This document shows, piece after piece, positions 17,466-25,235 of a stretch of DNA of 64,000 nucleotides. Source of the DNA: Bdellovibrionota bacterium (GTDB lineage: Bacteria > Bdellovibrionota_G > JALEGL01 > DATDPG01); the NCBI GenBank assembly GCA_963668355.1, contig OY764265.1:1280001-1344000 (forward strand), written 5' to 3'. The translations under genes and the position numbers were made by a program. The number at the start of each line of letters is the position of its first letter. Position 1 is the stretch's first letter. Below the pieces are notes generated by a model. It saw only the letters and a list, made by a program, of their open reading frames with translations. It was not told the DNA's origin and did not search any database.

Positions 17466-18425
17466 ATGTGGAGATATGGTGCTTTATTGTGTTTAGCCCT
17501 TTTAGTGACCAATGTTCACGCCGGAGATGTGTGCGAGTTAAGTTGGCTTGGTAACGAGAGATTTGCTCTGGCCTCTAACCACTCTTTTGATATGTTTCTG
17601 GCGGATGCAAGGAACGAATTGATTCCGGTGAGCGCGGGGTTCAGTTTTGATGATGCGCCCATCCATGCAATTGCTAAATTGGTTTCATCGCCAAATCCAA
17701 ATGCGAAAGCCGTTTGTTCGGGAGTGGTCGTAGATGGAGGTCGATTGGTTTTTACAACCCAATCCTGTATTCGTGACAAAAATGCTAAATATGCATTTCC
17801 ATATTCCAATCATGATAACCCGCAACCTTATCCTATGCTCAAAATCAAAAAGTATTGGTACAAGGGTCGTCATGGCCTGGCCGTGGGCATTGTCGAAAGT
17901 CCGCCCACCAATCTTTGGTCTTTCAGTTGGCGAACGTCATCCAATCAGTTTCCTTATGAATGGGAAGGAGGAAACTATTGGGCCATGATGGGTTATCTCG
18001 ACGATGGAACAGCGTCTCCCCACATTCAAACGGGTTGTTCGGCAGAGTCTTATGGCACGTGGGGCGTGACACACGATTGTGGTGACGACTTTCTTCAGGG
18101 CAGTCCATTGTTTTCAAACTTATGTGGCGATTGGCAATTCGTAGGCCTAAGTACTGGAGCAAATGGAAAGGCGGTGTATTTCAACACTCAATACTCCTCG
18201 ACGATTCGCTCGGCCTATGAAGAGCTTGGACGAGGTTATTGCATCAAGGACGTCAAAGCTTGCTCAAATTTGGCGATGGGAAAGCCAGCATACAAGCAAA
18301 ATCCATTCGTTGTTCCTCCTGGAACGAGTTGGGCCGGTCAGGTGAGCAACGTATTGCTTGAAGGTGGGAGTCGAATTTCGCGACACGATCATCTTGGTGA
18401 TTTCATTTTGGATATCAAAAAATGA
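17466..18425 (+). CDS. Secreted trypsin/V8-fold protein, catalytic triad lost
   Basis: Signal ..TNVHA|G; CSGVVV..LVFTTQSC, MGY, HDCGDDFLQGSPLF, VGL match the V8-like scaffold with His, Asp and Ser replaced. Confidence 0.65.
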   Translation: MWRYGALLCLALLVTNVHAGDVCELSWLGNERFALASNHSFDMFLADARNELIPVSAGFSFDDAPIHAIAKLVSSPNPNAKAVCSGVVVDGGRLVFTTQSCIRDKNAKYAFPYSNHDNPQPYPMLKIKKYWYKGRHGLAVGIVESPPTNLWSFSWRTSSNQFPYEWEGGNYWAMMGYLDDGTASPHIQTGCSAESYGTWGVTHDCGDDFLQGSPLFSNLCGDWQFVGLSTGANGKAVYFNTQYSSTIRSAYEELGRGYCIKDVKACSNLAMGKPAYKQNPFVVPPGTSWAGQVSNVLLEGGSRISRHDHLGDFILDIKK

Positions 18426-18434
18426 TTGGTTTGT

Positions 18435-18755
18435 TTATTCCCTTTCATCCCTTCGAAGTACGATGTTCGCAAGCAGCACGGCTCCTAAAATAATTAAGGC
18501 GGGAAGGAGCCATGCTGAAACCGTGGTTGCACCCGTTTTTCCGCTCGAAGGGAGTGCTAGCATTAAGACAATCAGATTTCGTCCCATGCTGCCTATTGAC
18601 ATGATGGTAGCGCGTTCCCCTGCGTGTTCTTTCGGGATGTAAAGATTAATCAGGCTTCGATAAGCAGGAGAGGCAATGCCAAATGCAAACGCGCCAACAA
18701 ATGAGAAAGAAGCTTTAAAAAACACCTGGACACTCTTTGCAAAAAATTCGGTCAA
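18435..18755 (-). pseudogene. C-terminal remnant of an MFS transporter
   Basis: LINLYIPKEHAGERATIMS plus 2-3 TM helices; no room upstream for a full MFS. Confidence 0.6.
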
Positions 18756-18931
18756 TCGATCAAGAGTAAATACGAAAGCTGATTCCTTATACGTTTCCTT
18801 CAGTTATGAGAACTTAAGGCATCCTGAGAAAGATTCTTTGCTCGAGTTAAGCGATGATATTTCGTTAAAAAATCCACCCATACATGATGTTCCTATTGTC
18901 GAAGGTTGGGAGAGCGATTAGTGTCCCGAGA

Positions 18932-19684
18932 ATGAGTTTTCGCATGAATTCATTGTTAGGGAAGCAGACGCTGGCTTTGATTCGGGGTGGTGATTATGCC
19001 CATCCGGGAGAAGAAGAATCCATTATTAGAGTGTTTGAGCACCTACCCAAATCCTCTGATCAACAGCTCCTTGATGTTGGATGCGGTATTGGTGGAACGG
19101 CTGCGTTTATTCAAAACAAAGGATGGGGAAAGGTTACTGGCATTGACGTCGACTTTGAGGTCCTTGAAATGGCCAAGAAGAAGTACATTCAGTCAGAATT
19201 TGTAAACTGTGACGTTGAAAGTGTAAGCAGAATTCTCAAAAACAAATTTGAGATCATATATTGCTTTTGTTCTTTCTATGCGTTTGCTCGCGCACATGTT
19301 GCCCTAAAACAAATGCGAAAGGTTGCAAAATCCAACGCCACTCTCATGATATTTGATTATGTTGATCGCAGACCAGCAAATGACAAAGCACCTGAAGCAT
19401 TGTTGTTTCCTTCTTTGAAACTACCATCTTTGTCAAAGACGCTAGCGAAAACAGGATGGAAGAAAGTAAAAACCGTTAACTTAGATCAACATTTTCAGGT
19501 TTGGTATGAAGATTTGGTTCGTGAAATTCATTCCAAAAGAGTAACTATCACAAATCTGGGGGGAGCCGAATGGTATAATTATGTCGAAGATCGCTACCGT
19601 AGCGTTCTTGGTGACATACAGAAAAATCGTTTAGGCGGCGCTGCACTCTATATGGAAAGGGAGTTCGCAGAACCCCAACCCTGA
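18932..19684 (+). CDS. Class I SAM-dependent methyltransferase
   Basis: LLDVGCGIGGTA, VTGIDVD, LMIFDY; start uncertain (18884 or 18932). Confidence 0.85.
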   Translation: MSFRMNSLLGKQTLALIRGGDYAHPGEEESIIRVFEHLPKSSDQQLLDVGCGIGGTAAFIQNKGWGKVTGIDVDFEVLEMAKKKYIQSEFVNCDVESVSRILKNKFEIIYCFCSFYAFARAHVALKQMRKVAKSNATLMIFDYVDRRPANDKAPEALLFPSLKLPSLSKTLAKTGWKKVKTVNLDQHFQVWYEDLVREIHSKRVTITNLGGAEWYNYVEDRYRSVLGDIQKNRLGGAALYMEREFAEPQP

Positions 19685-19722
19685 TATACGAATGAGTTAT
19701 ATGACATTGAGGTTTTTGGCAT

Positions 19723-20187
19723 TTGGCGGCAGACTGTGAGGCGGTGGCGGAGTTAGGAAGACTATTTGACAAAGTTCCCGTGCAAATGCGGGGGTTGAGC
19801 ATGGCGCCTTGGTTGATGCCGGGGGATGTTCTTCTCTTGGATCGGGATGTGCGCGTGGAGGATTTGTTTCTTGGAGATGTGGTTGTTTTGAAGCATGTGG
19901 AGGGGGAGGAGCGGATCGTTCATCGCATTGTTCGGGAAGATCCCTTTCGGCTTTTGTTTCCTTTTCGAACCAAGGGGGATCGCGTGTGGGAGGAAGATCC
20001 TCTGGATGATTCGTTTCGATTTGAGGGAAAGGTGATCTCCAGGTATCGAGGGCGAAAATGGAAAACGTTGTCGTGTCGTCGATGGCTTTGGGTGTTGTGT
20101 AAGTACGATCTGTATCCTGGCCAGAGACTCCCTCTCTGGTGTTCTCGAACGACGTTGCGTAATTTTTTCAAAGGCTTTCGTCCGTGA
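19723..20187 (+). CDS. S24/S26 family serine peptidase
   Basis: GLSMAPWL.PGD, GDVVV, VHRIV, TKGD (Ser/His type); no TM anchor. Confidence 0.85.
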   Translation: MAADCEAVAELGRLFDKVPVQMRGLSMAPWLMPGDVLLLDRDVRVEDLFLGDVVVLKHVEGEERIVHRIVREDPFRLLFPFRTKGDRVWEEDPLDDSFRFEGKVISRYRGRKWKTLSCRRWLWVLCKYDLYPGQRLPLWCSRTTLRNFFKGFRP

Positions 20188-21296
20188 ATTTGGCCTTCGA
20201 GCGATTGGTTTCTCTCGTGCGCCAGGGAATCGGGTTGGAAATCGCTGTTCCTCCCCTTGGGGAACAGGAAATGGAAACGTGGAGCATGGCCAAGGAGCAT
20301 AAGGTCGCGACGATTTTAGCTCCGGCCATTTTGGATCATCCGGAATCTCCCAAACTGGAGGATGAAGCTCGGTATTTGTGGCAGATGGCCGCGATGCGTG
20401 AGGAATACTACGTACGATGTTTAAGGGAAATTGAGGAACTCTTGAATCCTGAGGGGATTCGCGTCTATCCCTTGAAGGGTGTGGAGTTGGCTCGGAGCGT
20501 TTACCCTCGTAAGGGGCAGCGAGCCTTTCGTGATTTGGATTTGTTGGTGAGTCCCTCGGACCTCATTCAAGCCGATCAAATTTTGCAGAGAAATGGATTT
20601 CAGGTTCTTCACCCAAAGGGCCCTTTGAAACGAGCCGTTTTGACTCAAGGGAATCAACTCCTTGCGGCGTATCGTGGGCTGGATGCCGTTTCGTATGAGA
20701 AGGATGATCTTTTTTTGGAACTTCATTGTACGATTCTTCCGATCTCTTATGGTCCATACCGCATTCAACATGTGTGGGATGAACAACGGCTCTCGGTGGA
20801 AGATTTCTTCATGCATTTATTGTTTCATACGACCCGACATCATTTTCTCTATGGTCTAAGGCAGCTCACGGATCTGGCGTTATGGGCTCGGCATAAGGAG
20901 CCCAATATGGAAGTGGTTGAAAAGAAACTGGTTCGCGAAGGACATCTGCCTTTGGCTTGGCCGGCGTGGAAGTTGGCGAATGAGTGTTTTCCGGAGGCCG
21001 TGAGTCTTCCCAAATTGAATCCCTCCCCGAGGGTTCGTCGATATACGGAAAGAATTTGGGCCATTTTTCCTGAGATTCCGGAGCGGGCCATTGGGTTTTC
21101 GGGATCGCCTCTTCCGTTTCTTTTAGCCAAAGGAAATTTGTGGAGAGCGTTTTGGGGACGTTCTTTTCAAATGGATCATCAGGTGGGAGATCGTCCCGCA
21201 TTTTTGAAACGACTGTGGTGGAAAGTCACGCGTCCGCTTGCTCTCCTTTGGAGGCACGCACCTGTGATGTGGCAGTGGTATAAGTTTTATCGTTAG
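20184..21296 (+). CDS. Nucleotidyltransferase family protein (NTP_transf_5-like)
   Basis: PLKGVELARSVYP..GQRAFRDLDLLV, LELH, LRQLTDL. Confidence 0.85.
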   Translation: MNLAFERLVSLVRQGIGLEIAVPPLGEQEMETWSMAKEHKVATILAPAILDHPESPKLEDEARYLWQMAAMREEYYVRCLREIEELLNPEGIRVYPLKGVELARSVYPRKGQRAFRDLDLLVSPSDLIQADQILQRNGFQVLHPKGPLKRAVLTQGNQLLAAYRGLDAVSYEKDDLFLELHCTILPISYGPYRIQHVWDEQRLSVEDFFMHLLFHTTRHHFLYGLRQLTDLALWARHKEPNMEVVEKKLVREGHLPLAWPAWKLANECFPEAVSLPKLNPSPRVRRYTERIWAIFPEIPERAIGFSGSPLPFLLAKGNLWRAFWGRSFQMDHQVGDRPAFLKRLWWKVTRPLALLWRHAPVMWQWYKFYR

Positions 21297-21811
21297 GTTC
21301 GATGGCGCAAAACGCGGGCGGGGTTTCCCGCCACAACAGAGAAGGGGGGGACGTCTTTGGTTACGACGCTTCCCGCTCCGATTTGAGCTCCTTTTCCGAG
21401 AGTGACTCCGGGAAGCAGAATGGCTCCGATGCCGATATCTACATGGTCTTCCACGACAATGGGTTTGAAATCCAAGGGGGCGTCGAGCAGGATGTGGTTT
21501 TTTCCCAAGTCTTGGTGTGTGGAGGTGAGCATCATCACACGAGGGCCAATGCCAACCTGTTCACCGATGGTGATGTTTCCTGCTGAATGAAAAAAACACT
21601 CTTGGCCAATCCATGTATTGGAGCCAATGTTGAGAGTTCCTTTCGGGTGACCCTTGAGAAGGGTTCGGTGGCCGACATACACATTGTTTCCAAGCGAAAT
21701 GGTCTCGGGGTGCCAAACCTTAATCTCGTCTTCCCAAATGATGTTCTCTCCAAGGGACGAGAAGTCCTTGAGTTGAAACGATCCATCTCCGTGGCTTTGG
21801 AAAGTTCTCAT
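21293..21811 (-). CDS. Hexapeptide-repeat (LbH) acyltransferase
   Basis: IGSNTWIG, ITIGEQVGIGP, ILLPGVTLGKGAQIGAGSVVTKDVPP..VVAGNPAR. Confidence 0.9.
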   Translation of the reverse strand: MRTFQSHGDGSFQLKDFSSLGENIIWEDEIKVWHPETISLGNNVYVGHRTLLKGHPKGTLNIGSNTWIGQECFFHSAGNITIGEQVGIGPRVMMLTSTHQDLGKNHILLDAPLDFKPIVVEDHVDIGIGAILLPGVTLGKGAQIGAGSVVTKDVPPFSVVAGNPARVLRHRT

Positions 21812-21822
21812 GAAATTCTTTA

Positions 21823-22146
21823 TTAGGCGGAAGTTTTGGATTGGCGAGCTTGTGAAATTTGTTCAGGAGTGACGGTGTTTTCTTGTTTTACAAGTAAGTT
21901 TTCACGATCCAGCTCTTGAATCAAACGGTTGACGTCTTCCAAAGCTGCCTCATAGGAAACTTCAAATTCACGTTCCAAACGTTTGGCGATGGATTCTGGA
22001 GTGCTTTGGTCTTGGAGTGCGCGCCAAATGACCTGGCCTGTTTCATTGAGTCGATAATAATTTTTGGTGTCTAAGTGAAGCACGACGCCCTCTTTTGGAT
22101 CGAGGTCGGCATAAATGATTTTGGCATCATCTATTTGGTATGTCAT
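21823..22146 (-). CDS. PqqD-family RiPP recognition element (RRE)
   Basis: VVLHLDTKNYYRLNETGQVIW..L...SIAKRLEREFEVS...DV..LI.EL....LL. Confidence 0.92.
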   Translation of the reverse strand: MTYQIDDAKIIYADLDPKEGVVLHLDTKNYYRLNETGQVIWRALQDQSTPESIAKRLEREFEVSYEAALEDVNRLIQELDRENLLVKQENTVTPEQISQARQSKTSA

Positions 22147-23165
22147 TGGGCTCCTTTAAAATAAGGGTCTTGCTGTACCCATTCGTTCTCCGGATGGTCT
22201 CGCATCCACTCCGCTTTCTTGAAATGTTTCATGCAATTCCAACAATGGAAGTGATCCAAGTCGTGTTGGGATCCGTCTCCAATTTTTTTGAGTTTGGCGC
22301 TAAAAAGTTGGTTGTAAGCTTGAAGCAGTTTTTGATGGCCTTCCTCCAGGGTTTCTTTCGACAGGTCTGCAACCACGTCTTCCTCTCCATAGCTTCCTTC
22401 TAGATTAGATAATTGGCAGCAGGTGGTGAGGCGTCCCCGATGGTCAATATTGATTCCATTCAGTTTGAGAAAGCGACAATGGGCCAGGGGTGTTTGGTCG
22501 TAAAATCCAGCAGAGAGAATGATGGGCATGCGAAAACGTCCTCGCAGGTCTCCGACTTCTCGTTCGATGCCTTTGTATTCTTGAGGCGATGGCATGAGGT
22601 TGTGTTTCAACAGATGGGGAGTGGGTTGTGCATGGGCGATGTGAAGTCGGGTGGTATCAATTTTGGAACATAGCAAAGCCATGTCTTCCATTTCGTGGCG
22701 GTTTCCTCGGTGAACCACCATCTGAACCACCACCTCGAGGTTGTGGATTCGAGAAATGGCCACGGTAGCTAAGGCGCGCGCAAAGGAACCTCTTCCACGA
22801 ATGGCGTCATGCGTTTTTTCGGTCGCACCATCCATGCTAATCGAAACGCCGATCCATTGCGGGTGGTCAAATAAGTCGTAGAGGTTTCGGAAAATGCGCT
22901 GGTGGTTATAACCGTTTGTGACGAAATGGAAGGTGTAGCCGTGGTGAATGATCAAATCCAAAATTTCTCGGAAACGGGAGTGGAGTGTGGTTTCTCCCCC
23001 GGTGAGGGCAATATGCGGTTTGTGGTACCGCTTTCCTTCCACCAAGATTTTTTCCACCGTCTCAAAAGGAATTTCTGAAACCTTGTCGAGGTCAGCTCGG
23101 AAACAGTGGGCGCAGCGCAAATTGCAGTGGCGGGTTAGTTCAATGCCAATGAAAAAGTCTTTCAT
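22143..23165 (-). CDS. Radical SAM enzyme with twitch/SPASM-like C-terminal Cys
   Basis: ELTRHCNLRCAHC, LTGGE, VTNG, SMDG...HDAIRG.GSF; C..IDHRG..TCC..CWNC; RBS AGGAG before ATG 23165. Confidence 0.93.
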   Translation of the reverse strand: MKDFFIGIELTRHCNLRCAHCFRADLDKVSEIPFETVEKILVEGKRYHKPHIALTGGETTLHSRFREILDLIIHHGYTFHFVTNGYNHQRIFRNLYDLFDHPQWIGVSISMDGATEKTHDAIRGRGSFARALATVAISRIHNLEVVVQMVVHRGNRHEMEDMALLCSKIDTTRLHIAHAQPTPHLLKHNLMPSPQEYKGIEREVGDLRGRFRMPIILSAGFYDQTPLAHCRFLKLNGINIDHRGRLTTCCQLSNLEGSYGEEDVVADLSKETLEEGHQKLLQAYNQLFSAKLKKIGDGSQHDLDHFHCWNCMKHFKKAEWMRDHPENEWVQQDPYFKGAQ

Positions 23166-23231
23166 TCCGCACAACTCCTAAGACTAAAAACGTGGAGACG
23201 GCGATCGTTTTGTTGGAAAGACATGAAAAAA

Positions 23232-23411
23232 CTAAAAAACAGAAGCTCCAGGGGCGACGGGAGAGGCTTGTGCTGCAGCAGGGGCTCCTGGAACAGGAGG
23301 CGCACCGTTGACCACAGGGGCCTTTTCGTTCATGCGCTCCAATTTGGGGCGTTCATAAGCCTTTTTCTTGGAATCCGTCGAATTTGTCTCTTGATTACTG
23401 CGCTGGGTCAT
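23232..23411 (-). CDS. RiPP precursor peptide (59 aa; alternative GTG start 23444)
   Basis: MTQRSNQETNSTDSKKKAYERPKLERMNEKAPVVNGAPPVPGAPAAAQASPVAPGASVF; YxxPxL RRE-binding motif; immediately upstream of rSAM and RRE. Confidence 0.85.
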   Translation of the reverse strand: MTQRSNQETNSTDSKKKAYERPKLERMNEKAPVVNGAPPVPGAPAAAQASPVAPGASVF

Positions 23412-23447
23412 CGTTCTGTGAACCTTACCGTCCTTCCGTCCCACGCG

Positions 23448-25235
23448 TCAACTTCCACTTTCCGGAAGCGTGAGGGTTGTGTCCAAACCATCTGAAGAGG
23501 TGATGTGAACCGTATCTCCAGTCTCGATGTTCAAAGGGATGGCAAAGGAACCGTCACGATGCGCCGTGACCGCCAAGGTCTCGGTTGTCGCTTCGCCATT
23601 TTCATCCAGTTGGGTGGCTGTAACTTCGCTCAAGCCCACAACTGATCCCGCACCACCGACTACCGTGCCTCGACTAGGTGCAAAGTTCATCAATCCTGCC
23701 AATTCCTCCAGGCTCATGCCCGTCATATCCGGTTGTTCCGTGGCCGTGAGAAGAGAGCTTCGAACATCATTGGCTACTTGTGAGGCACTCATGAAAACAT
23801 AGTGGACCCAGGTTTTGGTGGTTCCGGCGGGAATGGTCGCATTGATCCAACGAAACTGAACTTCACTATCGGCGCCTCCGACAATGCCTGGTGCATAAAG
23901 TAGAGAAAGTGAAGAGGTTCCAAGTCCATCTTGAAAGATGAAGCCTGTGGTCGGTCGAGTTCCACTTGCATCGTAGGCAGCCAAAAATCGATCCGAAATT
24001 CCAGGGGTGCTTAAGGAGGTGTCGTGGGTGAGGGTTTCGCTTGAACTTCCCGTGAGGAGAGACGAAGTGATTTTCAAACTGACTACCCGATCCGTTTCTC
24101 CCGTGTTTTCAAAAATTTCGAGAAACCGTGCGTAGTTCCCAGTTTCGGGAACAAAGACTTTTCGAGACACTTGAAGCGTGTCTTGGGTGATCGGGTCTCC
24201 CTCATTTTCCACGGGGGCTTGCAGGGTGTAGGGACCATAGGCCACTTCTCGGTCACCTTCGAACGTGTAGATCCCTCCATCGGGAAAATTGGAGCCAAAG
24301 TCAACGAAGACCTCTCCCGGCAAACCGAGTTGAATGGAATTGGGAGCCAGCATGGCTGGAAGTGTGCCGCCGGTTCCCCCGCAGATGGAGCCATCAGGAC
24401 GAAGATCAAACTGAAAAGTTTCACCGGATAGAATATGGACATCGTAGCCGATGGGACAAGCTGCGGTGTTCGGGGCAAAGTCGATGTCAGCCACGGTCTC
24501 AGTCGTTTCAAGTGAGCTGGTGTCAAATAGGCAAATCTCGCCGCCCGAAAGTTGCGCAAACGATCGGCCTAAGTTGGTTCGAAAAGAAGTTTCCAATGCG
24601 TCTAGGTCGGATACGTCTAAGCCCGTATCCAAATTGAATGCCAACTGCGTGATGAGACGTAATTCAAGGGCGGGCAAGTCGCTAAACGAGAGTTCGCCGC
24701 TGGAAAGGAGGTCTAGAACAATTTGGTAAACAGCCTGGGTGATGGGGTGAAGGGGAATTTCGGTTTGGCTTCCGGCCCAAAAACCGCGCAGAGAGGTGGA
24801 GTTTACGGAAGCTTCGATCACGGTCGAGGCGTCCGTGTAATTGGGAAGGTCGAAGGTAAATTGTCCAGAGGCATCTGAGACCGTAGTGGCCAATTGGGCC
24901 GTTTCGTTTCCCTGGTTGTCGATGGTGATCAATCGCACGGGAGTCTCTGGCAGACGATCTCCATTCAGGTCGTAAAGCACGCCCGTTCGATTTTCGATTA
25001 GGGGCGTGTTAACTACGGGCACGGTTGTATCGGTCCAACAGTTGGACGATTCCGAGGGAGTGGTGGCGGTGGAGGAACATCCTCCTGCCAGCAGGCCTAA
25101 AACCAAGAAGTGATTTATCCATCCGACTCTACGGACAGGACGTGCTGTCGGTTGAGAAGCATGTGCGCAAGACGCCAGGGATTTCGATAGATTCTCCACC
25201 GGATCCATCATAAGCATTCCCACCGCCCAGGTCAC
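23448..25235 (-). CDS. Surface lipoprotein, partner type, copy 2 (start uncertain)
   Basis: Lipobox LAGG|C; LRGF.AG, SRKVFVP..G.Y.R.LEIFEN, PDM.GMS shared with 28787-30385. Confidence 0.75.
   Translation of the reverse strand: MTWAVGMLMMDPVENLSKSLASCAHASQPTARPVRRVGWINHFLVLGLLAGGCSSTATTPSESSNCWTDTTVPVVNTPLIENRTGVLYDLNGDRLPETPVRLITIDNQGNETAQLATTVSDASGQFTFDLPNYTDASTVIEASVNSTSLRGFWAGSQTEIPLHPITQAVYQIVLDLLSSGELSFSDLPALELRLITQLAFNLDTGLDVSDLDALETSFRTNLGRSFAQLSGGEICLFDTSSLETTETVADIDFAPNTAACPIGYDVHILSGETFQFDLRPDGSICGGTGGTLPAMLAPNSIQLGLPGEVFVDFGSNFPDGGIYTFEGDREVAYGPYTLQAPVENEGDPITQDTLQVSRKVFVPETGNYARFLEIFENTGETDRVVSLKITSSLLTGSSSETLTHDTSLSTPGISDRFLAAYDASGTRPTTGFIFQDGLGTSSLSLLYAPGIVGGADSEVQFRWINATIPAGTTKTWVHYVFMSASQVANDVRSSLLTATEQPDMTGMSLEELAGLMNFAPSRGTVVGGAGSVVGLSEVTATQLDENGEATTETLAVTAHRDGSFAIPLNIETGDTVHITSSDGLDTTLTLPESGS

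Noticed and set aside
21823..23411. Classical lasso peptide, PQQ, mycofactocin or sactipeptide cluster
   Set aside because: No cyclase, no ring Asp/Glu, no ExxxY, no C-terminal VY, and no Cys in the core.
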